64,000 nucleotides of DNA, taken from Eledone cirrhosa (taxonomy: Eukaryota). Where the stretch lies: contig OZ024740.1 in the NCBI GenBank assembly GCA_964016885.1, positions 12,772,001 through 12,836,000 of the forward strand. The letters run 5' to 3'. A program made the translations under genes and the position numbers. The notes beneath the pieces were generated by a model that saw only the letters and a list, made by a program, of their open reading frames with translations, was not told the DNA's origin and searched no databases. This document shows positions 12,001-25,180 of the stretch, piece by piece (within the stretch, counting starts at the first letter, position 1; each line of letters opens with the position of its first letter).

Positions 12001-14360
12001 TGTCTCTAGTCTAATGTCTTGTCTCTAGTATAATGTCTCTAGTCTAATGTCTTGTCTCTAGTCTAATATCTTGTCTCTAGTCTAATATCTTGTCTCTAGT
12101 CTAATGTCTCTAGTCTAATGTCTTGTTTCTAGTCTAATGTCTCTAGTCTAATGTCTTGTCTCTAGACTAATATCCTGTCTCTAGTCTAATGTCTTGTCTC
12201 TAGTCTAATGTCTCTAGTCTAATGTCTTGTCTCTCGTCTAATATCTTGTCTCTAGTCTAATGTCTTCTCTCTAGTCTAATGTCTCTAGTCTAACGTCTTG
12301 TCTCTAGTCTAATATCTTGTCTGTAGTCTAATGTCTCTAGTCTAACGTCTTGTCTCTAGTCTAATGTCTCTGGTCTAATGTCTCTAGTCTAATGTCTTGT
12401 CTCTAGTCTAATATCTTGTCTCTAGTCTAATGTCTTGTCTCTAGTCTAATGTCTCTAGTCTAATGTCTTGTTTCTAGTCTAATGTCTCTAGTGTAATGTC
12501 TTGTCTCTAGTCTAATATCTTGTCTCTAGTCTAACGTCTTGTCTCTAGTCTAATGTCTCTAGTCTAATATCTTGTCTCTAGTCTAATGTCTCTAGTCTAA
12601 TATCTTGTCACTAGTCTAATGTCTCTAGTCTAATATCTTGTCTCTAGTCTAACGTCTTGTCTCTAGTCTAATGTCTCTTCTAATATCTTGTCTCTAGTCT
12701 AATGTCTCTAGTCTAATATCTTGTCACTAGTCTAATGTCTCTAGTCTAATGTCTTGTCTCTAGTCTAATGTCTTGTCTCTAGTATAATGTCTCTAGTCTA
12801 ATGTCTTGTCTCTAGTCTAATGTCTCTAGTCTAATGTCTTGTCTCTAGTCTAATATCTTGTCTCTAGTCTAATGTCTTGTCTCTAGTCTAATATCTTGTC
12901 TCTAGTCTAATGTCTCTAGTCTAATGTCTCTAGTCTAATGTCTTGTCTCTAGTCTAATATCTTGTCTCGAGTCTAATATCTCTAGTCTAATGTCTTGTCT
13001 CTAGTCTAATGTCTCTAGTCTAATGTCTTGTCTCTAGTCTAATATCTTGTCTCTAGTCTAATGTCTTGTCTCTATTCTAATGTCTCTAGTCTAATGTATC
13101 TTTTCTAGTCTAATGTCTCTAGTCTAATGTCTTGTCTCTAGTCTAATATCTTGTCTCTAGTCTAATGTCTCTAGTCTAATGTCTTGTCTCTAATCTAATG
13201 TCTCTAGTCTATTGTCTTGTCTCTAGTCTAATATCTTGTCTCTAGTCTAATGTCTTGTTTCTAGTCTAATGTCTCTAGTCTAATGTCTTGTCTCTAGTCT
13301 AACGTCTTGTCTCTAGTCTAATGTCTCTAGTTTAATGTCTTGTCTCTAGTCTAATGTCTTGTCTCTAGTCTAACGTCTTGTCTCTAGTCTAATGTCTCTA
13401 GTCTAATATCTTGTCTCTAGTCTAATGTCTCTAGTCTAATATCTTGTCACTAGTCCAATGTCTCTAGTCTAATATATTGTCTCTAGTCTAACGTCTTGTC
13501 TCTAGTCTAATGTCTCTAGTCTAATATCTTGTCTCTAGTCTAATGTCTCTAGTCTAAAATATTGTCACTAGTCTAATGTCTCTAGTCTAATGTCTTGTCT
13601 CTAGTCTAATGTCTTGTCTCTAGTCTAATGTCTTGTCTCTAGTCTAATGTCTCTAGTCTAATGTCTTGTCTCTAGTCTAATATCTTGTCTCTAGTCTAAT
13701 GTCTTGTCTCTAGTCTAATGTCTCTAGTCTAATGTCTTGTTTCTAGTCTAATGTCTCTAGTCTAATGTCTTGTCTCTAGTCTAATATCTTGTCCCTTATC
13801 TAATGTCTCTAGTCTAATGTCTTGTCTCTAGTCTAATGTCTCTAGTCTAATGTCTTGTCTCTAGTCTAATATCTTGTCTCTAGTCTAATGTCTCTAGTCT
13901 AATGTCTTGTCTCTAGTCTAATATCTTGTCTCTAGTCTAATGTCTCTAGTCTAATGTCTTGTCTCTAGTCTAATGTCTCTAGTCTAATGTCTTGTCTCTA
14001 GTCTAATGTCTCTAGTCTAATGTCTTGTCTCTAGTCTAATATCTTGTCTCTAGTCTAATGTCTCTAGTCTAATGTCTCTAGTCTAATGCCTTATCTCTAG
14101 TCTAATATCTTGTCTCTAGTCTAATGTCTCTAGTCTAATGTCTTGTCTCTAGTCTAATGTCTCTAGTCTAATGTCTTGTCTCTAGTCTAATGTCTCTAGT
14201 CTAATGTCTTGTCTCTAGTCTAATATCTTGTCTCTAGTCTAATGTCTCTAGTCTAATGTCTTGTCTCTAGTCTAATATCTTGTCTCTAGTCTAATGTCTC
14301 TAGTCTAATGTCTTGTCTCTAGTCTAATATCTTGTCTCTAGTCTAATGTCTCTAGTCTAA
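1..14360. repeat. Higher-order repeat block A: ~5.0-kb unit in about 2.5 tandem copies (starts at 1, 7039 and 12061; the first interval is lengthened by an internal 2035-bp duplication)
   Basis: Marker variants recur at fixed offsets: TAGAC at 103/5106/7141/12163; CTCGAG at 920/7958/12966; CCTTATC at 2043/9081/14089. Offsets are 7038 (=5003+2035) and 12060, falling to 12046 after loss of one 14-mer. Confidence 0.93.
3281..7385. repeat. 2035-bp tandem duplication nested in block A
   Basis: CTCAT at 3316/5351, TAGAC at 3605/5640 and TAGAC at 5106/7141, all offset 2035. The AATCTC, CTACTG, CTTATC and CTCTTG-ATTTT markers recur in the same order. Confidence 0.92.
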
Positions 14361-15339
14361 CGTCTTGTCTCTAGTCTAATATCTTGTCTGTAGTCTAATG
14401 TCTCTAGTCTAACGTCTTGTCTCTAGTCTAATGTCTCTGGTCTAATGTCTCTAGTCTAATGTCTTGTCTCTAGTCTAATATCTTGTCTCTAGTCTAATGT
14501 CTTGTCTCTAGTCTAATGTCTCTAGTCTAATGTCTTGTTTCTAGTCTAATGTCTCTAGTCTAATGTCTTGTCTCTAGTCTAATATCTTGTCTCTAGTCTA
14601 ATGTCTTGTCTCTAGTCTAATGTCTCTAGTCTAATGTCTTGTCTCTAGTCTAATGTCTCTAGTGTAATGTCTTGTCTCTAGTCTAATATCTTGTCTCTAG
14701 TCTAACGTCTTGTCTCTAGTCTAATGTCTCTAGTCTAATATCTTGTCTCTAGTCTAATGTCTCTAGTCTAATATCTTGTCACTAGTCTAATGTCTCTAGT
14801 CTAATATCTTGTCTCTAGTCTAACGTCTTGTCTCTAGTCTAATGTCTCTTCTAATATCTTGTCTCTAGTCTAATGTCTCTAGTCTAATATCTTGTCACTA
14901 GTCTAATGTCTCTAGTCTAATGTCTTGTCTCTAGTCTAATGTCTTGTCTCTAGTATAATGTCTCTAGTCTAATGTCTTGTCTCTAGTCTAATATCTTGTC
15001 TCTAGTCTAATGTCTCTAGTCTAATGTCTTGTCTCTATTCTAATATCTTGTCTCTAGTCTAATGTCTCTAGTCTAATGTCTTGTCTCTAGTCTAATATCT
15101 TGTCTCTAGTCTAATGTCTCTAGTCTAATGTCTTGTCTCTAGTCTAATATCTTGTCTCTAGTCTAATGTCTCTAGTCTAATGTCTTGTCTCTAGTCTAAT
15201 GTCTTGTCTCTAGTCTAATGTCTCTAGTCTAATGTCTTGTTTCTAGTCTAATGTCTCTAGTCTAATGTCTTGTCTCTAGTCTAATATCTTGTCTCTAGTC
15301 TAATGTCTCTAGTCTAATATCTTGTCTCTAGTCTAATGT

Positions 15340-18300
15340 CTCTAGTCTAATGTCTTGTTTCTAGTCTAATGTCTCTAGTCTAATGTCTTGTCTCTAGTCT
15401 AATATCTTGTCTCTAGTCTAATGTCTTGTCTCTAGTCTAATGTCTCTAGTCTAATGTCTTGTCTCTAGTCTAATATCTTGTCTCTAGTCTAATGTCTTGT
15501 CTCTAGTCTAATGTCTCTAGTCTAATGTCTTGTTTCTAGTCTAATGTCTCTAGTCTAATGTCTTGTCTCTAGTCTAATATCTTGTCTCTAGTCTAATGTC
15601 TCTAGTCTAATATCTTGTCACTAGTCCAATGTCTCTAGTCTAATATATTGTCTCTAGTCTAACGTCTTGTCTCTAGTCTAATGTCTCTAGTCTAATATCT
15701 TGTCTCTAGTCTAATGTCTCTAGTCTAATGTCTTGTCTCTAGTCTAATCTCTTGTCTCTAGTCTAATGTCTTGTCTCTAGTCTAATGTCTCTAGTCTAAT
15801 GTCTTGTCTCTAGTCTAATATCTTGTCTCTAGTCTAATGTCTTGTCTCTAGTCTAATGTCTCTAGTCTAATGTCTTGTTTCTAGTCTAATGTCTCTAGTC
15901 TAATGTCTTGTCTCTAGTCTAATATCTTGCCTCTAGTCTAATGTCTCTAGTCTAATGTCTTGTCTCTAGTCTAATGTCTCTAGTCTAATGTCTTGTCTCT
16001 AGTCTAATATCTTGTCTCTAGTCTAATGTCTTGTCTCTAGTCTAATATCTTGTCTCTAGTCTAATGTCTCTAGTCTAATGTCTTATCTCTAGTCTAATGT
16101 CTCTAGTCTAATGTCTTGTCTCTAGTCTAATGTCTCTAGTCTAATGTCTTGTCTCTAGTCTAATATCTTGTCTCTAGTCTAATGTCTCTAGTCTAATGTC
16201 TCTAGTCTAATGTCTTGTCTCTAGTCTAATATTTTGTCTCTAGTCTAATGTCTCTAGTCTAATGTCTTGTCTCTAGTCTAATTTCTCTAGTCTAATGTCT
16301 TGTCTCTAGTCTAATGTCTCTAGTCTAATGTCTTGTCTCTAGTCTAATGTCTCTAGTCTAATGTCTTGTCTCTAGTCTAATATCTTGTCTCTAGTCTAAT
16401 GTCTCTAGTCTAATGTCTCTAGTCTAATGTCTTGTCTCTAGTCTAATATCTTGTCTCTAGTCTAATGTCTCTAGTCTAATGTCTTGTCTCTAGTCTAATG
16501 TCTCTAGTCTAATGTCTTGTCTCTAGTCTAATGTCTCTAGTCTAATGTCTTGTCTCTAGTCTAATATCTTGTCTCTAGTCTAATGTCTCTAGTCTAATGT
16601 CTTGTCTCTAGTCTAATGTCTTGTCTCTAGCCTAATATCTTGTCTCTAGTCTAATGTCTCTAGTCTAATGTCTTGTCTCTAGTCTAATATCTTGTCTCTA
16701 GTCTAATGTCTCTAGTCTAATGTCTTGTCTCTAGTCTAATGTCTTGTCTCTAGTCTAATGTCTTGTCTCTAGTCAAATGTCTCTAGTCTAATGTCTTGTC
16801 TCTAGTCTAACGTCTTGTCTCTAGTCTAATGTCTCTGGTCTAATGTCTCTAGTGTAATGTCTTGTCTCTAGTCTAATCTCTTGTCTCTAGTCTAATGTCT
16901 TGTCTCTAGTCTAATGTCTCTAGTCTAATATCTTGTCTCTAGTCTAATGTCTCTAGTCTGATATCTTGTCACTAGTCTAATGTCTCTAGTCTAATGTCTT
17001 GTCTCTAGTCTAATGTCTTGTCTCTAGTATAATGTCTCTAGTCTAATGTCTTGTCTCTAGTCTAATATCTTGTCTCTAGTCTAATATCTTGTCTCTAGTC
17101 TAATGTCTCTAGTCTAATGTCTTGTTTTTAGTCTAATGTCTCTAGTCTAATGTCTTGTCTCTAGTCTAATATCTTGTCTCTAGTCTAATGTCTTGTCTCT
17201 AGTCTAATGTCTCTAGTCTAATGTCTTGTCTCTAGTCTAATATCTTGTCTCTAGTCTAATGTCTTGTCTCTAGTCTAATGTCTCTAGTCTAATGTCTTGT
17301 TTCTAGTCTAATGTCTCTAGTCTAATGTCTTGTCTCTAGTCTAATATCTTGTCTCTAGTCTAATGTCTCTAGTCTAATATCTTGTCACTAGTCCAATGTC
17401 TCTAGTCTAATATATTGTCTCTAGTCTAACGTCTTGTCTCTAGTCTAATGTCTCTAGTCTAATATCTTGTCTCTAGTCTAATGTCTCTAGTCTAATGTCT
17501 TGTCTCTAGTCTAATCTCTTGTCTCTAGTCTAATGTCTTGTCTCTAGTCTAATGTCTCTAGTCTAATGTCTTGTCTCTAGTCTAATATCTTGTCTCTAGT
17601 CTAATGTCTTGTCTCTAGTCTAATGGCTCTAGTCTAATGTCTTGTTTCTAGTCTAATGTCTCTAGTCTAATGTCTTGTCTCTAGTCTAATATCTTGTCTC
17701 TAGTCTAATGTCTCTAGTCTAATGTCTTGTCTCTAGTCTAATGTCTCTAGTCTAATGTCTTGTCTCTAGTCTAATATCTTGTCTCTAGTCTAATGTCTTG
17801 TCTCTAGTCTAATATCTTGTCTCTAGTCTAATGTCTCTAGTCTAATGTCTTATCTCTAGTCTAATGTCTCTAGTCTAATGTCTTGTCTCTAGTCTAATGT
17901 CTCTAGTCTAATGTCTTGTCTCTAGTCTAATATCTTGTCTCTAGTCTAATGTCTCTAGTCTAATGTCTCTAGTCTAATGTCTTGTCTCTAGTCTAATATT
18001 TTGTCTCTAGTCTAATGTCTCTAGTCTAATGTCTTGTCTCTAGTCTAATTTCTCTAGTCTAATGTCTTGTCTCTAGTCTAATGTCTCTAGTCTAATGTCT
18101 TGTCTCTAGTCTAATGTCTCTAGTCTAATGTCTTGTCTCTAGTCTAATATCTTGTCTCTAGTCTAATGTCTCTAGTCTAATGTCTCTAGTCTAATGTCTT
18201 GTCTCTAGTCTAATATCTTGTCTCTAGTCTAATGTCTCTAGTCTAATGTCTTGTCTCTAGTCTAATGTCTCTAGTCTAATGTCTTGTCTCTAGTCTAATG

Positions 18301-18690
18301 TCTCTAGTCTAATGTCTTGTCTCTAGTCTAATATCTTGTCTCTAGTCTAATGTCTCTAGTCTAATGTCTTGTCTCTAGTCTAATGTCTTGTCTCTAGCCT
18401 AATATCTTGTCTCTAGTCTAATGTCTCTAGTCTAATGTCTTGTCTCTAGTCTAATATCTTGTCTCTAGTCTAATGTCTCTAGTCTAATGTCTTGTCTCTA
18501 GTCTAATGTCTTGTCTCTAGTCTAATGTCTTGTCTCTAGTCAAATGTCTCTAGTCTAATGTCTTGTCTCTAGTCTAACGTCTTGTCTCTAGTCTAATGTC
18601 TCTGGTCTAATGTCTCTAGTGTAATGTCTTGTCTCTAGTCTAATCTCTTGTCTCTAGTCTAATGTCTTGTCTCTAGTCTAATGTCTCTAG
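15340..18690. repeat. 1767-bp tandem duplication, followed by a looser third copy around 19.0-19.8 kb
   Basis: GTCCAA at 15624/17391, ATTTC at 16281/18048, CCTAAT at 16631/18398 and CAAATG at 16774/18541, all offset 1767. A third GTCCAA at 19054 is followed by a similar marker order. Confidence 0.9.
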
Positions 18691-20999
18691 TCTAATGTCT
18701 TGTCTCTAGTCTAATATCTTGTCTCTAGTCTAATGTCTTGTCTCTAGTCTAATGTCTCTAGTCTAATGTCTTGTTTCTAGTCTAATGTCTCTAGTCTAAT
18801 GTCTTGTCTCTAGTCTAATATCTTGTCTCTACTCTAATGTCTCTAGTCTAATGTCTTGTCTCTAGTCTAATGTCTCTAGTCTAATGTCTTGTCTCTAGTC
18901 TAACGTCTTGTCTCTAGTCTAATTTCTCTAGTGTAATGTCTTGTCTCTAGTCTAATGTCTTGTCTCTAGTCTAACGTCTTGTCTCTAGTCTAATGTCTCT
19001 AGTCTAATATCTTGTCTCTAGTCTAATGTCTCTAGTCTAATATCTTGTCACTAGTCCAATGTCTCTAGTCTAATATATTGTCTCTAGTCTAACGTCTTGT
19101 CTCTAGTCTAATGTCTCTAGTCTAATATCTTGTCTCTAGTCTAATGTCTCTAGTCTAATGTCTTGTCTCTAGTCTAATCTCTTGTCTCTAGTCTAATATC
19201 TTGTCTCTAGTCTAATGTCTCTAGTCTAATGTCTTGTCTCTAGTCTAATATCTTGTCTCTAGTCTAATGTCTTGTCTCTAGTCTAATGTCTCTAGTCTAA
19301 TGTCTTGTTTCTAGTCTAATGTCTCTAGTCTAATGTCTTGTCTCTAGTCTAATATCTTGTCTCTAGTCTAATGTCTCTAGTCTAATGTCTTGTCTCTAGT
19401 CTAATGTCTTGTCTCTAGTCTAATATCTTGTCTCTAGTCTAATGTCTTGTCTCTAGACTAATATCTTGTCTCTAGTCTAATGTCTCTAGTCTAATGTCTT
19501 ATCTCTAGTCTAATGTCTCTAGTCTAATGTCTTGTCTCTAGTCTAATGTCTCTAGTCTAATGTCTTGTCTCTAGTCTAATATCTTGTCTCTAGTCTAATG
19601 TCTCTAGTCTAATGTCTCTAGTCTAATGTCTTGTCTCTAGTCTAATATTTTGTCTCTAGTCTAATGTCTCTAGTCTAATGTCTTGTCTCTAGTCTAATGT
19701 CTCTAGTCTAATGTCTTGTCTCTAGTCTAATGTCTCTAGTCTAATGTCTTGTCTCTAGTCTAATATCTTGTCTCTAGTCTAATGTCTCTAGTCTAATGAC
19801 TTGTCTCTAGTCTAATATCTTGTCTCTAGTCTAATGTCTCTAGTCTAATGTCTTGTCTCTAGTCTAATGTCTTGTCTCTAGTCTAATACTCTAGTCTAAT
19901 GTCTTGTCTCTAGTCTAACTTCTTGTCTCTAGTCTAATGTCTCTGGTCTAATGTCTCTAGTGTAATGTCTTGTCTCTAGTCTAATGTCTTGTCTCTAATC
20001 TAATGTCTTGTCTCTAGTCTAATGTCTCTAGTCTAATGTCTTGTCTCTAGTCTAATATCTTGTCTCTAGTCTAATGTCATGTCTCTAGTCTAATGTCTCT
20101 AGTCTAATGTCTTGTTTCTAGTCTAATGTCTCTAGTCTAATGTCTTGTCTCTAGTCTAATATCTTGTCTCTAGTCTAATGTCTCGTCTCTAGTCTAATGT
20201 CTCTAGTCTAATGTCTTGTCTCTAGTCTAACGTCTTGTCTCTAGTCTAATGTCTCTAGTGTAATGTCTTGTCTCTAGTCTAATGTCTTGTCTCTAGTCTA
20301 ACGTCTTGTCTCTAGTCTAATGTCTCTAGTCTAATATCTTGTCTCTAGTCTAATGTCTCTAGTCTAATATCTTGTCACTAGTCTAATGTCTCTAGTCTAA
20401 TATCTTGTCTCTAGTCTAACGTCTTGTCTCTAGTCTAATGTCTCTAGTCTAATATCTTGTCTCTAGTCTAATGTCTCTAGTCTAATATCTTGTCACTAGT
20501 CTAATGTCTCTAGTCTAATATCTTGTCTCTAGTGTAATGTCTTGTCTCTAGTCTAATGTCTTGTCTCTAGTCTAACGTCTTGTCTCTAGTCTAATGTCTC
20601 TAGTCTAATATCTTGTCTCTAGTCTAATGTCTCTAGTCTAATATCTTGTCACTAGTCTAATGTCTCTAGTCTAATGTCTTGTCTCTAGTCTAATGTCTTG
20701 TCTCTAGTATAATGTCTCTAGTCCAATGTCTTGTCTCTAGTCTAATATCTTGTCTCTAGTCTAATATCTTGTCTCTAGTCTAATGTCTCTAGTCTAATGT
20801 CTTGTTTCTAGTCTAATGTCTCTAGTCTAATGTCTTGTCTCTAGTCTAATATCTTGTCTCTAGTCTAATGTCTTGTCTCTAGTCTAATGTCTTGTCTCTC
20901 GTCTAATATCTTGTCTCTAGTCTAATGTCTTGTCTCTAGTCTAATGTCTCTAGTCTAATGTCTTGTCTCTAGACTAATGTCTCTAGTCTAATGTCTTGT

Positions 21000-22600
21000 C
21001 TCTAGTCTAATATCTTGTCTCTAGTCTAATGTCTCTAGTCTAATGTCTTGTCTCTAGTCTAATATCTTGTCTCTAGTCTAATGTCTCTAGTCTAATGTCT
21101 TGTCTCTAGTCTAATGTCTCTAGTCTAATGTCTTGTCTCTAGTCTAATATCTTGTCTCTAGTCTAATATCTCTAGTCTAATGTCTTGTCTCTAGTCTAAT
21201 GTCTCTAGTCTAATGTCTTGTCTCTAGTCTAATATCTTGTCTCTAGTCTAATGTCTTGTCTCTAGTCTAATGTCTCTAGTCTAATGTCTTGTTTCTAGTC
21301 TAATGTCTCTAGTCTAATGTCTTGTCTCTAGTCTAATATCTTGTCTCTAGTCTAATGTCTCTAGTCTAATGTCTTGTCTCTAGTCTAATGTCTCTAGTCT
21401 ATTGTCTTGTCTCTAGTCTAATATCTTGTCTCTAGTCTAATGTCTTGTCTCTAGTCTAATGTCTCTAGTCTAATGTCTTGTCTCTAGTCTAACGTCTTGT
21501 CTCTAGTCTAATGTCTCTAGTTTAATGTCTTGTCTCTAGTCTAATGTCTTGTCTCTAGTCTAACGTCTTGTCTCTAGTCTAGTGTCTCTAGTCTAATATC
21601 TTGTCTCTAGTCTAATGTCTCTAGTCTAATATCTTGTCACTAGTCCAATGTCTCTAGTCTAATATATTGTCTCTAGTCTAACGTCTTGTCTCTAGTCTAA
21701 TGTCTCTAGTCTAATATCTTGTCTCTAGTCTAATGTCTCTAGTCTAAAATCTTGTCACTAGTCTAATGTCTCTAGTCTAATGTCTTGTCTCTAGTCTAAT
21801 GTCTTGTCTCTAGTCTAATGTCTTGTCTCTAGTCTAATGTCTTGTCTCTAGTCTAATGTCTCTAGTCTAATGTCTTGTCTCTAGTCTAATATCTTGTCTC
21901 TAGTCTAATGTCTTGTCTCTAGTCTAATGTCTCTAGTCTAATGTCTTGTTTCTAGTCTAATGTCTCTAGTCTAATGTCTTGTCTCTAGTCTAATATCTTG
22001 TCCCTAGTCTAATGTCTCTAGTCTAATGTCTTGTCTCTAGTCTAATGTCTCTAGTCTAATGTCTTGTCTCTAGTCTAATATCTTGTCTCTAGTCTAATGT
22101 CTCTAGTCTAATGTCTTGTCTCTAGTCTAATATCTTGTCTCTAGTCTAATGTCTCTAGTCTAATGTCTTGTCTCTAGTCTAATGTCTCTAGTCTAATGTC
22201 TTGTCTCTAGTCTAATGTCTCTAGTCTAATGTCTTGTCTCTAGTCTAATATCTTGTCTCTAGTCTAATGTCTCTAGTCTAATGTCTCTAGTCTAATGCCT
22301 TGTCTCTAGTCTAATATCTTGTCTCTAGTCTAATGTCTCTAGTCTAATGTCTTGTCTCTAGTCTAATGTCTCTAGTCTAATGTCTTGTCTCTAGTCTAAT
22401 GTCTCTAGTCTAATGTCTTGTCTCTAGTCTAATATCTTGTCTCTAGTCTAATGTCTCTAGTCTAATGTCTTGTCTCTAGTCTAATATCTTGTCTCTAGTC
22501 TAATGTCTCTAGTCTAATGTCTTGTCTCTAGTCTAATATCTTGTCTCTAGTCTAATGTCTCTAGTCTAACGTCTTGTCTCTAGTCTAATATCTTGTCTAT
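21000..22600. repeat. Dispersed, more diverged paralog of part of the block A unit (corresponds to about 780-2300)
   Basis: Same ordered markers as 1160-2050: GTCTATT (~21397), GTTTAAT (~21520), GTCCAA/ATATATT (~21643-21668), AAAATC (~21746), TCCCT (22001), GCCTT (~22297), but with fewer derived changes. Confidence 0.8.
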
Positions 22601-25180
22601 AGTCTAATGTCTCGAGTCTAATGTCTTGTCTCTAGTCTAATGTCTTGTCTCTAGTCTAATGTCTTGTCTCTAGTCTAACGTCTTGTCTCTAGTCTAATGT
22701 CTCTGGTCTAATGTCTCTAGTGTAATGTCTTGTCTCTAGTCTAATGTCTTGTCTCTAATCTAATGTCTTGTCTCTAGTCTAATGTCTTGTCTCTAGTCTA
22801 ATATCTTGTCTCTAGTCTAATGTCTTGTCTCTAGTCTAATGTCTCTAGTCTAATGTCTTGTTTCTAGTCTAATGTCTCTAGTCTAATGTCTTGTCTCTAG
22901 TCTAATATCTTGTCTCTAGTCTAATGTCTTGTCTCTAGTCTAATGTCTCTAGTCTAATGTCTTGTCTCTAGTCTAACGTCTTGTCTCTAGTCTAATGTCT
23001 CTAGTGTAATGTCTTGTCTCTAGTCTAATGTCTTGTCTCTAGTCTAACGTCTTGTCTCTAGTCTAATGTCTCTAGTCTAATATCTTGTCTCTAGTCTAAT
23101 GTCTCTAGTCTAATATCTTGTCACTAGTCTAATGTCTATAGTCTAATATCTTGTCTCTAGTCTAACGTCTTGTCTCTAGTCTAATGTCTCTTCTAATATC
23201 TTGTCTCTAGTCTAATGTCTCTAGTCTAATATCTTGTCACTAGTCTAATGTCTCTAGTCTAATGTCTTGTCTCTAGTCTAATGTCTTGTCTCTAGTATAA
23301 TGTCTCTAGTCTAATGTCTTGTCTCTAGTCTAATATCTTGTCTCTAGTCTAATATCTTGTCTGTAGTCTAATGTCTCTAGTCTAATGTCTTGTCTCTAGT
23401 CTAATGTCTTGTCTCTAGTCTAATATCTTGTCTCTAGCCTAATGTCTCTAGTCTAATGTCTTGTCTCTAGTCTAATATCTTGTCTCTTGTCTAATGTCTC
23501 TAGTCTAATGTCTTGTCACTAGTCTAATATCTTGTCTCTAGTCTAATGTCTCTAGTCTAATGTCTTGTCGCTAGTCTAATGTCTTGTCTCTATTCTAATG
23601 TCTTGTCTCTAGTCTAATGTCTCTAGTCTAATGTCTTGTCTCTAGTCTAACGTCTTGTCTCTAGTCTAATGTCTCTGCTCTAATGTCTCTAGTGTAATGT
23701 CTTGTCTCTAGTCTAATGTCTTGTCTCTAATCTAATGTCTTGTCTCTCGTCTAATGTCTCTAGTCTAATGTCTTGTCTCTAGTCTAATATCTTGTCTCTA
23801 GTCTAATGTCTTGTCTCTAGTCTAATGTCTCTAGGCTAATATCTTGTCTCTAGTCTAATGTCTTGTCTCTAGTCTAATGTCTCTAGTCTAATGTCTTGTT
23901 TCTAGTCTAATGTCTCTAGTCTAATGTCTTGTCTCTAGTCTAATATCTTGTCTCTAGTCTAATGTCTTGTCTCTAGTCTAATGTCTCTAGTCTAATGTCT
24001 TGTCTCTAGTCTAACGTCTTGTCTCTAGTCTAATGTCTCTAGTGTAATGTCTTGTCTCTAGTCTAATGTCTTGTCTCTAGTCTAACGTCTTGTCTCTAGT
24101 CTAATGTCTCTAGTCTAATATCTCTAGTCTAATATCTTGTCACTAGTCTAATGTCTCTAGTCTAATATCTTGTCTCTAGTCTAACGTCTTGTCTCTAGTC
24201 TAATGTCTCTTCTAATATCTTGTCTCTAGTCTAATGTCTCTAGTCTACTGTCTTGTCTCTAGTCTAATGTCTTGTCTCTAGTATAATGTCTCTAGTCTAA
24301 TGTCTTGTCTCTAGTCTAATACCTTGTCTCTAGTCTAATATCTTGTCTCTAGTCTAATGTCTCTAGTCTAATGTCTTGTTTCTAGTCTAATGTCTCTAGT
24401 CTAATGTCTTGTCTCTAGTCTAATATCTTGTCTCTAGTCTAATGTCTTGTCTCTAGTCTAATGTCTCTAGTCTAATGTCTTGTTTCTAGTCTAATGTCTC
24501 TAGTCTAATGTCTTGTCTCTAGTCTCATATCTTGTCTCTAGTCTAATGTCTCTAGTCTAATGTCTTGTCTCTAGTCTAATGTCTCTAGTCTAATGTCTTG
24601 TCTCTAGTCTAATATCTTGTCTCTAGTCTAATGTCTCTAGTCTAATGTCTTGTCTCTAGTCTAATAGCTTGTCTCTAGTCTAATGTCTCTAGTCTAATGT
24701 CTTGTCTCTAGTCTAATGTCTCTAGTCTAATGTCTTGTCTCTAGTCTAATATCTTGTCTCTAGTCTAATATCTCTAGTCTAATGTCTTGTCTCTAGTCTA
24801 ATGTCTCTAGTCTAATGTCTTGTCTCTAGTCTAATATCTTGTCTCTAGTCTAATGTCTTGTCTCTAGTCTAATGTCTCTAGTCTAATGTCTTGTTTCTAG
24901 TCTAATGTCTCTAGTCTAATGTCTTGTCTCTAGTCTAATATCTTGTCTCTAGTCTAATGTCTCTAGTCTAATGTCTTGTCTCTAGTCTAATATCTTGTCT
25001 CTAGTCTAATGTCTTGTCTCTAGTCTAATGTCTCTAGTCTAATGTCTTGTCTCTAGTCTAACGTCTTGTCTCTAGTCTAATGTCTCTAGTCTAATATCTT
25101 GTCTCTAGTCTAATGTCTCTAGTCTAATATCTTGTCACTAGTCCAATGTCTCTAGTCTAATATATTGTCTCTAGTCTAAC

